Assembly (NCBI GenBank): GCA_002269645.1
Contig: NIVC01002611.1
Coordinates: 1-64,000 of the forward strand
Direction: 5' to 3'
Length of the DNA stretch: 64,000 bases
From: Macrostomum lignano
Taxonomy: Eukaryota
The notes below the pieces were generated by a model. That model was given only the letters and a program-made list of their open reading frames with translations. It was not told the origin of the DNA and did no database searches. Positions 35,800 to 47,336 of the stretch are shown piece by piece; within the stretch, counting starts at the first letter, position 1, and each line of letters begins with the position of its first letter. Position numbers and translations under genes: made by a program.

Positions 35800-37205
35800 C
35801 CTCTGTCATTTAAGTGGTGCTGCCTGTCATTATAGACGCCATTCTCAGGTGGTGCTGCCTGTCATTATAGACGCCATTCTTAGGTGGTGCTGCCTGTCAT
35901 TATAGACGCCATTCTCAGGGGTGCTGCCTGTCATTATAGACGCCATTCTTAGGTGGTGCTGCCTGTCATTATAGACGTTATTCTTAGGTGGTGTTGCCTG
36001 TCATTATAGACGCCATTCTCAGGTGGTGCTGCCTGTCATTATAGACGTTATTCTTAGGTGGTGTTGCCTGTCATTCTAGACGTTATTCTTAGGTGGTGCT
36101 GCCTGTCATTATAGACGTTATTCTTAGGTGGTGCTGCCTGTCATTATAGACGCCATTCTCAGGGGTGCTGCCTGTCATTATAGAAGCCATTATTAGGTGG
36201 TGCTGCCTGTCATTATAGAAGCCATTCTTAGGTGGTGCTGCCTGTCATTATAGACGCCATTCTCAGGGGTGCTGCCTGTCATTATAGAAGCCATTATTAG
36301 GTGGTGCTGCCTGTCATTATAGACGCCATTCTTAGGTGGTGCTGCCTGTCATTATAGAAGCCATTCTTAGGTGGTGCTGCCTGTCATTATAGACGCCATT
36401 CTCAGGGGTGTTGCCTGTCATTCTAGACGTTATTCTTAGGTGGTGCTGCCTGTCATTATAGACGCCATTCTCAGGTGGTGCTGCCTGTCATTATAGACGC
36501 CATTATTAGGTGGTGCTGCCTGTCATTATAGAAGCCATTCTTAGGTGGTGCTGCCTGTCATTATAGACGCCATTATTAGGTGGTGCTGCCTGTCATTATA
36601 GAAGCCATTCTTAGGTGGTGCTGCCTGTCATTATAGACGCCATTCTCAGGGGTGTTGCCTGTCATTCTAGACGTTATTCTTAGGTGGTGCTGCCTGTCAT
36701 TATAGACGCCATTCTCAGGTGGTGCTGCCTGTCATTATAGACGCCATTATTAGGTGGTGCTGCCTGTCATTATAGAAGCCATTCTTAGGTGGTGCTGCCT
36801 GTCATTATAGACGCCATTATTAGGTGGTGCTGCCTGTCATTATAGAAGCCATTCTTAGGTGGTGCTGCCTGTCATTATAGACGCCATTCTTAGGTGGTGC
36901 TGCCTGTCATTATAGACGCCATTATTAGGTGGTGCAGCCTGTCATTATAGACGCCATTCTTAGGTGGTGCAGCCTGTCATTATAGACGCCATTCTTAGGT
37001 GGTGCTGCCTGTCATTATAGACGCCATTATTAGGTGGTGCTGCCTGTCATTATAGACGCCATTATTAGGTGGTGCAGCCTGTCATTATAGAAGCCATTCT
37101 TAGGTGGTGCTGCCTGTCATTATAGACGCCATTATTAGGTGGTGCTGCCTGTCATTATAGACGCCATTCTTAGGTGGTGCAGCCTGTCATTATAGACACC
37201 ATTAT
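35800..37205. repeat. 35-bp minisatellite, about 40 copies
   Basis: Unit aggtggtgctgcctgtcattatagacgccattctt. Confidence 0.97.
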
Positions 37206-37779
37206 TAGAAATAAAGAACTCCCGAGACACATTATCCTCAACAGTTTGCATGTGCACCGCTAGAAGAAGGCAAAAAACAGGCCGATAGCAAAATAGGTGT
37301 GCAACTAGTTAAAGAAAACAGTTTGGGAAAACTGACAGATTTATTAATTATTGACTGATTAAGAGCAGAGCTAATGCAGTCAGGAGTTGCAGAAAAAAGG
37401 TAATGCAACCGCTTCAACATTCAGCTCGAGCGCCGGAGTGGCGGCCGCGCAGATTAATTTGCATCCATATGGTAGGGGAAAAGACTAAGAAAAACGCGAA
37501 AATCAAGCAAATAAAAAAGCAAGCAGGGTTGACGAAAAATAAATTATTTAAAAACTGGATTTGATAAATCAGGTAGATCGGGATGAGATTGTGAATAGAT
37601 GCGATAGCTACTGATCCAATGCATTATTTGTAATACAGCACGCTACTGTCAAAAAAAAGTATGACATAACTGTGCGTTAGCGCTGGTAGAAATTGCGAGA
37701 TAAATATTACTAACCATAAGATGGAATGGTGAATTTGATCTTAAGATTATAGGATTCTGAGTTGGGATTATAGAATTCG

Positions 37780-38805
37780 GGATTGGGGATCATAGGATTC
37801 GGGATCATCGGATTCGGGATTGGAAATTATAGGATTCAGGATTGGGGATCATGGGATTCGGGATTGGGGATCATAGGATTCGGGATTGGGGATCATAGGA
37901 TTCGGGATTGGGGATCATAGGATTCGGGATTGGGGATCATAGGATTTGGGATTGGGGATATAGGATTCGGGATTGGGGATCATAGGATTCGGGATTGGGG
38001 ATCATAGGATTCGGGATTGGGGATCATGCGATTTGGGATTGGGGATATAGGATTCGGGATTGGGGATCATAGGATTCGGGATTGGGGATCATGCGATTTG
38101 GGATTGGGGATATAGGATTCGGGATTGGGGATCATAGGATTCGGGATTGGGGATCATAGGATTCGGGATTGGGGATCATGCGATTTGGGATTGGGGATAT
38201 AGGATTCGGGATTGGGGATCATAGGATTCGGGATTGGGGATCATGCGATTTGGGATTGGGGATATAGGATTCGGGATTGGGGATCATAGGATTCGGGATT
38301 GGGGATCATAGGATTCGGGATTGGGGATCATGCGATTTGGGATTGGGGATATAGGATTCGGGATTGGGGATCATGCGATTTGGGATTGGGGATATAGGAT
38401 TCGGGATTGGGGATCATAGGATTCGGGATTGGGGATCATAGGATTCGGGATTGGGGATCATGCGATTTGGGATTGGGGATATAGGATTCGGGATTGGGGA
38501 TCATAGGATTCGGGATTGGGGATCATGCGATTTGGGATTGGGGATATAGGATTCGGGATTGGGGATCATAGGATTCGGGATTGGGGATCATAGGATTCGG
38601 GATTGGGGATCATGCGATTTGGGATTGGGGATATAGGATTCGGGATTGGGGATCATGCGATTTGGGATTGGGGATATAGGATTCGGGATTGGGGATCATA
38701 GGATTCGGGATTGGGGATCATAGGATTCGGGATTGGGGATCATAGGATTCGGGATTGGGGATCATAGGATTCGGGATTGGGGATCATAGGATTCGGGATG
38801 GGGAT
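37780..38805. repeat. 21/22-bp minisatellite, about 46 copies
   Basis: Unit gggattggggatcataggattc with variants gggattggggatcatgcgattt and gggattggggatataggattc. Confidence 0.97.
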
Positions 38806-39299
38806 TAAAATAAAGGGAAGAAAATGATGAATGAGCAGCAGAGGAATGAAAAAGAGGAGAGAAAAATTGAAATTGCATTGGAAAAAAAGTAAAGACGAGA
38901 CGGAGAAAAAAATTAATCGCTTTTTAATAGTAAATTTAATAAACAAAAAACGATTAAATAACCCTTTATGCTAGCGCAAAGGCGAAAAAAGCACTTCGTA
39001 CTCCCTGTCAGGCGATGATCGCTGTACAACAAAGAGATACTGTGAATTTTGAGAATAAAAAATGATAAACAATAGTACGTACATCAACAGGTTTTCATGG
39101 CTCCAAGCCTTACTTTTTAAATGGTGTGAATTATGAAGAACGCTACACATTGTGCACTTGGAATAAAAAAGTAACACTGAAAAAACATTTAATAAATTAA
39201 TAGTGCTTAAAACTTACAGAAGAGACTTTTTCGTGATTTAGGCGCTTAAAATTTTTTTAAAGCTTGTTATTTTTAGTTTGATTTTTTAAGCGACATTAA

Positions 39300-39720
39300 C
39301 CCCACATTCCTTCCCTCTAACCGACACCCACCTCACATTCCTTCCCTCTAAGCGACACCACCCCACTTTCCTTCCCTCTAAGCGACACCACCCCACTTTC
39401 CTTCCCTCTAAGCGACACCCACCCCACTTTCCTTCCCTCTAAGCGACACCCACCCCACATTCCATCCCTCTAAGCGACACCCACCCCATATTCCTTCCCT
39501 CTAAGCGACACCCACCCCACATTCCTTCCCTCTAAGCGACACCCACCCCATATTCCTTCCGTCTAAGCGACACCCACCCCACTTTCCATCCCTCTAAGCG
39601 AAACCCAACCCACATTCCTTCCGTCTAAGCGACACCCACCCCACATTCTATCCCTCTAAGCGAAACCCAACCCACATTCCTTCCGTCTAAGCAACACCCA
39701 CCCTTCTTTCCTTGCCTTTA
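39300..39720. repeat. About 31-bp C-rich minisatellite, about 13 copies
   Basis: Unit cacccaccccacattccttccctctaagcga, downstream of the AMPK beta stop codon. Confidence 0.93.
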
Positions 39721-39866
39721 ATCAACACCCAATGCATTAGAAACAAGAAAATGGAATAGATGACGGTTAAAATTGTAACTAGGCGAACTGACTAAGCGAA
39801 AAGGAAAACTAAAACTAAAGAGGCATTTGCCAAAGGCATTAAATTAGAGTACTGAAAAATGATAAT

Positions 39867-42800
39867 TTAATCGCACGGCTTGTACATGACAGTAGTGACG
39901 AACTTCTTCCTATACCGATGAATAGTTGACAGAACCACAACGCCGTCTTTGATGCTCAGCGCGTACAGGTGATTAAGCATCACGTGATCCGGCTCGGGCA
40001 GTAGATTTGGATCGTACCTGGAGTCGGTTGGCCGATTAAGAATCACCTGGAGCAGCTGTTGCGGCAGCACCGGCGGAGCTCGATTTGGGCCTGCCTGCCT
40101 GCCGGTTGGAACCTGGCTGGTGTAGCGGCCTGGCGGACTGCCCGACCGGTTGCGGAGGCGTTCGGACACCTCCGACTGAGTATGCTCCTTGGTTTGCGAG
40201 CTCTCAGCGATGTCCATAGCTAAGGCTTCGAATACTTCAAAGTCGGACGATTTCACTTGGAGAACGTTGTTAGAGGTGCCCATGTTGTTTTGAGCTGTTG
40301 GCTGCAGTTTAGCGATATGCGAAATGTTGTAATTGAAAGCAGCTTTTAATACAGAGGACTTGGCGCCTTCCCCCTGTTAATCTGACGGATTCCCCCTGAG
40401 CCACAGTTAATCTGACCGATTCCCTCTGAGCCACAGTTAATCTGACTGATTCCCCCTGAGCCACAGTTAATCTGACCGATTCCCCCTGAGCCACAGTTAA
40501 TCTGACCGATTCCCCCTGAGCCACAGTTAATCTGACCGATTCCCCCTGAGCCACAGTTAATCTGACCGATTCCCCCTGAGCCACAGTTAATCTGACCGAT
40601 TCCCTCTGAGCCACAGTTAATCTGACTGATTCCCCCTGAGCCACAGTTAATCTGACCGATTCCCCCTGAGCCACAGTTAATCTGACCGATTCCCCCTGAG
40701 CCACTGTTAATCTGACCGATTCCCCCTGAGCCACTGTTAATCTGACCGATTCCCCCTGAGCCACAGTTAATCTGACCGATTCCCTCTGAGCCACTCTAAT
40801 ACCGAACAAACCTAGACTCTCACCTCCTTAGCGTTGACCTGCCACTTGCCGTCTACAATAAACTGATATTGGTGCTCTCCCTCCGGCAGGTCCACAATCG
40901 TATAGAAATGATCCTGGCTAAAAAACGATAAAAAACTTTTCGCTACTATCAGTAGACAACTTAGAAAACTTAAAACTAATAAAAACAAATAAGAGAGCGG
41001 CAAACCTCTTCACTAATGGAATCTTAGTCTGCCAGTTGTTGAAACTGCCGCTAAGGTACACCTCCTTGGCGGTGCCGCCCTCCCATTTGAATACGGTGGG
41101 CAGCTTATTGGCGGTCACGTGATCGCCAGGCCTCTCGGTTATCGTGGAAGCGCGAATTCTGAAGCCCTCGTCCTCGCTAGACTGCTGTTAGTGTTAAAGC
41201 CAAGTACAGACAAGAAATTCAATCGTGAGAATATTTAATAAGCGAGTAAAAAGAAAACTGCTTATAAAAACAATAAATAACCCCGTTCCAAGAACCGTAG
41301 TTCGCACACTTTCTAGTCATGACAGCGCAAATTAATACAAAAAATTCTTAGAACTTTGGCCTATAACACACAGAGGCAATGCATGACTCTGTATGCGTCA
41401 TTATATGTTATGCGAAAAACTTCAGAGAGATTCTTTGCTAGACTCGGGAATCTGGATCCTTTTTGATTTAGTGATGCAGCATAGATTTGGATCATCAATG
41501 CTCAACAGATCGAGCATCATCTAGAGACTCAAGAATCTGGATCATCAATGCTCAACAAATCGAGCATCATCTAGAGACTCGGGAATCTGGATCTTCTCTG
41601 CTCAAGAGATCCAGCATCATCTACAGACTCGGGAATCTGGATCCTTTCTGCTCAAGAGATCCGGCATCACCTACAGACTCGGGAATCTGGATCCTCTCTG
41701 CTCAAGAGATCCAGCATCATCTACAGACTCGGGAATCTGGATCCTTTCTGCTCAAGAGATCCGGCATCACCTACAGACTCGGGAATCTGGATCCTCTCTG
41801 CTCAAGAGATCCAGCATCATCTACAGACTCGGGAATCTGGATCCTTTCTGCTCAAGAGATCCGGCATCACCTACAGACTCGGGAATCTGGATCCTCTCTG
41901 CTCTGCTTAAGAGATCCAGCATCACCTACAGACTCGGGAATCTGGATCCTCTCTGCTCAAGAGATCCAGCATCACCTACAGACTCGGGAATCTGGATCCT
42001 CTCTGCTCTGCTTAAGAGATCCAGCATCACCTACAGACTCGGGAATCTGGATCCTCTCTGCTCAAGAGATCCAGCATCACCTACAGACTCGGGAATCTGG
42101 ATCCTCTCTGCTCAAGAGATCCAGCATCACCTACAGACTCGGGAATATGGATCCTCTCTGCTCTGCTTAAGAGATCCAGCATCACCTACAGACTCGGGGA
42201 TCTGGATCCTCTCTGCTCTGCTTAAGAGATCCAGCATCACCTACAGACTCGGGAATCTGGATCCTCTCTGCTCAAGAGATCCAGCATCACCTACAGACTC
42301 GGGAATCTGGATCCTCTCTGCTCAAGAGATCCAGCATCACCTACAGACTCGGGAATCTGGATCCTCTCTGCTCAAGAGATCCAGCATCACCTACAGACTC
42401 GGGAATCTGGATCCTCTCTGCTCAAGAGATCCAGCATCACCTACAGACTCGGGAATCTGGATCATCAATGCTCAACAGATCGAGCATCATCTAGAGACTC
42501 GGGAATCTGGATCCTCTCTGCTCAAGAGATCCAGCATCACCTACAGACTCGGGAATCTGGATCCTCTCTGCTCAAGAGATCCAGCATCACCTACAGACTC
42601 GGGAATCTGGATCCTCTCTGCTCAAGAGATCCAGCATCACCTACAGACTCGGGAATCTGAATCCTCTCTGCTCTGCTCAAGAGATGCAGCATCACCTACA
42701 GACTCGGGAATCTGGATCTTCTCTTCTCAAGAGATCTTTACAACCATTTGAAGTCTCAGGCCTCATGACTTAAAAAAACAAATAATAAAAAATGCAAATT

Positions 42801-42968
42801 TACCTTCACAATGCTGGGAATTTCAGCTGAAAATTCTGGGCCATAATTGAACGGCTCATTCTTTCGCTTGTACGGCGCCTGGTAGGCATCCTCGCCGCCG
42901 GCGGCGGCACTGCCAAGCTGGGCAGAAAGTCTCCGAGCTCGGCCCTCACTGTTTGGCGTGTTACCCAT
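39867..42968 (-). CDS. PRKAB: 5'-AMP-activated protein kinase regulatory subunit beta, about 289 aa
   Basis: Exons 42968-42804, 41181-41006, 40917-40824, 40301-39867, GT-AG and phase-compatible (870 nt). Myristoylation start MGNT, glycogen-binding domain PTVFKWEGG...VYLSGSFNNW...DLPEGEHQYQFIVDGKW, C-terminal PEPDHVMLNHLYALSIKDGVVVLSTIHRYRKKFVTTVMYKP. NAGNAG acceptor at exon 2. Confidence 0.97.
40375..40800. repeat. 30-bp minisatellite, about 14 copies, in AMPK beta intron 3
   Basis: Unit gttaatctgaccgattccccctgagccaca. Confidence 0.95.
41435..42735. repeat. 50/55-bp minisatellite with an internal hairpin, about 25 copies, in AMPK beta intron 1
   Basis: Unit gactcgggaatctggatcctctctgctcaagagatccagcatcacctaca; ctggatc...gatccag is self-complementary. 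Confidence 0.95.
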
Positions 42969-44592
42969 GACACGGAATGCTCACTGCAGCTGCGGGTGGC
43001 AATGCAATAGATCCATGCAAATAGCTTTAACTTGGCTTACATCTAACTGCTGTGAGCTATACTATATGTTAGGATGTTTACTTTCTATTGCATTATGATC
43101 CACACAATGTACATCATCCAAGGTGTTATCTATCAAAGGTGTTGGCTTTGAAATAAAAATCTGTGATTAGTGACATATTTTTACTTACTTTCTTCAATTC
43201 AACATATCAATCAATTGACTAATGGTATATAGTTTAGGAAAACAATGCTGTATTTTGACTTTCAGAAATGCCATTGGCCTATTTAAAGCATTAAATAGTG
43301 GCATAGCAATGATTTTGGAGTGGGCAATAAGGAAGCATACAATAAAAGTCTCTAAATTTAAGTAAGGTCATTGTAAAAAAATAAAATTTCTAGATTTTTG
43401 AAAGATATATCCCTAATACATGGCATACATAAATGCCCAACTTCAAAATTTCACCTGACTATGCAACTTAATTTTTGACCAAAAATGTTAATTACTTATA
43501 AAACACCCTATAAAAGTAATGTAATATTGGGTAAACAGCAAGAGTAACTATAACTGTATTATAAAGGCTAAATGCCTTGTCATCTAATTAGTACTATATT
43601 AATTTAATTGGGTTAGCATTTTTGCAATTTACCTTGGCCAGACCCTTTACCAACCAGCCAAATTGACTGGGTTGGCTAGGTGTTGGGCATGTATGATGGC
43701 ATATAGCAAATAATCAAATGATTTTATTCTAGCATATATGCTAATATCATATTGATATTAAACCTTATCAATTTAGACTTGAACTGTTTATACTATGGGA
43801 TAAAAATATAATATTCTAATCATTGCTAGGATTAAAATTATATATAGTAGAAGCATATCTAAATATTGTCTTGCTAATACATGTTATTATTATTCTAAGA
43901 AATATATATTTTTATAAATTTTCATATATCTAGACAAGCACTGTTCTTGTCTAAGTTTATTAATATTTCCTTATATATTCTAAAAACTTCTATGCTCTTT
44001 TTGTATATGTCTATTAAATATGGCAAAATTCTAAAAACTTCTCTAATATATTTAGCCCACACAGGGGCGTAGCCAGGATTTTTTTTGGGGGTATCGGTTA
44101 GCTGTTATCAGTCTACTTTCACTCATTACATGTGCATTTTTCCGGCTTGGCTTAATTCATGAAACGACTTTTAGTGTACATATTTGTATATGCATATATA
44201 CTCGTAATTCATATTCGTAAAGCAAGAAAAAACGAAATTATTTCAACTTCTATCAAATCACCAACACTTTTCCAAGCAAATAACGCAGTGACCAACCTTC
44301 CATATTGATTTTATTTATTCAATATCAAAGAGCAAATTTCACATTTACATCATATGGGACAATACAAGAAGTAGAAATGTAGAATACTAAGTATAGCTCA
44401 CTTATAGCATTTTGATTAATAGAGAATATAATAGTATGCGCAAGCTCTTATTGTATTAGTTTGGTTTTTGTTCCTATATTATTACATTTAATGTACATGT
44501 AATCTTCTACTCGTATTGTGATTAGTTATGTATGTTACGCATGCTCAATCTAGGCCTATCAAAACTTGCTGTCTAAAAGTTTAACTTTGTAC

Positions 44593-47336
44593 TTACAGAT
44601 CAATTCTACGAGACCCATTCTGTACGAACTGATCGATAACTTTATCAATGTCCAGCTTCATGTCCTTGTGGATTAGAAGCTGGGCCAATCCTGTCAGTCG
44701 CTCCTGTCCCATTGTAGAACGTAGGTACGACTTCAGTGGACGAAGCTGACTGAATGATCGCTCAGCAGTTGCAGTGGTGACGGGAATCGTCGCCAGAACT
44801 TGTAGTAGAAGCCGGATGTTAGGAAAGCTCTGGAGGCTAACAGCTGAATTTGCCAACGTCTCGAGCACACTTCGCGGTCTGTCCTTTTGATCGACATTCT
44901 GCCAGCGCTTTTTCCATAGCAAGAATTCAGCCTCGATATCGTCCACAAAGCTTAATCCTCGTAACTGTCCGATGTAAATTTCTATCGATTTCTTCACGCT
45001 GTCAAAACTTTCGTCAACAACACTCTGAGGAAGCAGTCGTGCCATCTGGAATGCAAGCTGCGCATGAGAACTGAAGCGCTCCTCAAGAGTAGCAATTATC
45101 CCATCCAGGAATGGATTGTACATTGCTATGCGGAAGTAATCACGTGCCGTGGAGACATCGGGGTTGGCACGATGCTTCTGTCGACACCTGGCACTGGTTC
45201 GAGGCTTTTGTAGTGGCTCGCCGAGTGCTTTCTCAGCAGAATCGAATATCTTATTGTAACGGACATGGCCATCATCAGAGCGGAGATCTCGAAGAACATC
45301 GATGACAGCCTTAATTTCATTGACACAATCAACAAGATCGAGATCTACACACTGCAATTTCTCTGATAATGGCTTGGTGATGGTGAGAACGGCATCGATG
45401 ATATGGCCTGCAATAACATATTCGCTGTCTAGCAAAAGTTTGAGGTTGTTTCGAGCATTGCTGCCTGCCTCTCCTCCCCATGTGCTGATCTCCTCTAGAG
45501 TTTCAATGATTGCTGGGAAGAGCAGGTTGAATCGGATGAAAGCCTCCTGCTTCTCAACCCATCTGGTCTTGCAGTGCTGTAGAAGTTGATGCACAGATGA
45601 CTCCGGAACCAGCTCTTTGATTTTTTTTTCAAGCAGAGCTGTTCTCTGCGGTGATGAACGAATGAAGACTGTGACTGTATTAACAGCAGTAATAGCGGCA
45701 CGAACTGAATCTAGCTTACAAGCATCCTGCAGGGACAGGTTTAGATTATGCGCAGCACAGTGCACATAGATTGCTAGTTTTTTTCCCAGCTGCTCGCGAA
45801 TCACTGCCTGAACGCCATTGAACTTGCCAGACATGGCTGAAGCTCCATCATAGCCTTGAGCAACAAGTTGTGCTGTAATATGGAGAGAATCGAGCGTCTC
45901 GAGAAGCTTTGTTGCAAGCCCGATACCAGTCAAATCTTCAACGTGAACAAAGCATATGAACTCTTCGTGAATAGCTACACTTCCATCACTGATGTCGAGG
46001 TACCTAACACAGATGGACATCTGTTCTTTGTGCGAAGAATCCGTAGTCTCATCTGCAAGCAGCGCAAAGTAGCCTGCTTTGTTGATTTTTTTTACTAAAT
46101 CTTGGGTGATAACATCAGACAGAGCCTGAATTATTTCATTCTGTGATTCACTGGAAGTGTATTTGGCATTTGATGGTCCAGTGCAAATGTGTTCACGTAG
46201 AATAGGATCATGTTTTGCGAGAAGCTGCAGAAGCGCGACGAAGTTCCCTTTATCATAGTCAATAGTTCCATCTGGATGAACTTTTATAGGTCCAAAGTCA
46301 CGATGTCCTCGAAAAGCCAGACCACAGCGAGCGAGAAATTCAATTGGTTCAATTACGTGTTTTAGTCTTTCCCTATTTTCCTTCACTAGCTTTGCGCGAC
46401 TGACATCCAGCATGTGGCCAACATTCGTTCCAGATAGCAGGGCATCGGCTTTGATCACAGAGTCACTTCTGTGGTAGTCACATTGCAAATGTTTCTTCAG
46501 CTTTGTTGTGATGACATCGAACTTAGTGCATGGAGTTCCCACAAAGGCATCGACTGTTTGTCCATGGATGGCAAAGTTGGTCGGAAGAAATAGAACGCAA
46601 TACCTAAAGGAAAAAGAAATGGTTAGAATGGTAGGAGTGAGCATTAAGTCCATACCACAGATACTAGAACACTAGATACTAGATACTAGAGTTGTTCTAG
46701 TATATGTGGTCCATACATGTACCTCAAGACCAGATCCAGATGTCAAGAGTACAATTTAGCAATACATCAATAAACTCATTAACTTCTAACTTACTTGCAA
46801 AATACGCCGCCGAGCTTAGCAGAATACGCAAAGCATGCGTTGTGACCAGTTAGATGTTGGTGAGACAAGTAGCGCTTGTGGACATTGCCCTTATCAGATT
46901 TAAGCGTGAACGGGAATGAGTACCCTTGTGGGGGCACCCAACAGTCCTTAAGGAATCGCAGTCGAGTAGCTGTATCCAGCTTTCCATCGCGACGAAGCTC
47001 AACAGCATAGCCGATGTCATTGACATTGATCTCAGTCTCAGCAGCTGCTTCATCTGCTTGATGTTGGAGATCAGACTCGTCAAACTGACTTGAAGAAGTA
47101 ATAGTAGCTTGCAGTTGTTGCTCGGGAGCTGTTGGAACTGAATTCGGAGTAGCCAAGTCGGGCAAACTGCCAGTAGCAGTGTCACAAGACACAATAGATG
47201 AATCTGGCTGTGTAGTGCTAGAACTAGGCGTAGACAGTAGCGCAGGATCAGGGTTAGGGCGGGACCGCTTTAAGTTCTCAAATAATGAGCGGATATCATG
47301 ACCATGAGATTTTCGCTTGCTCATTTTGAATTCCAC
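44593..47336 (-). CDS. hAT transposase (TTF-type zinc finger, DUF4371-like region, C-terminal dimerisation domain), about 850 aa, two exons
   Basis: Exon 47336-46795 plus exon 46603-44593 splice in frame (GGVFCK|YCVLF). Motifs LLADETTD, QGYDGASAMSG, HCAAHNLNL, KTRW and TATAERSFSQL; no stops or frameshifts. Confidence 0.93.
46656..46708. mobile_element. 53-bp mini TIR element nested in the transposase intron
   Basis: TIR cacagatactagaaca / tgttctagtatatgtg (15/16); exact 8-bp direct repeat GTCCATAC at 46648-46655 and 46709-46716. Confidence 0.7.

Noticed and set aside
40309-42170. ORFs 40309-40809 (-) and 41487-42170 (+)
   Set aside because: They lie in AMPK beta introns and are translations of the 30-bp and 50-bp repeats.
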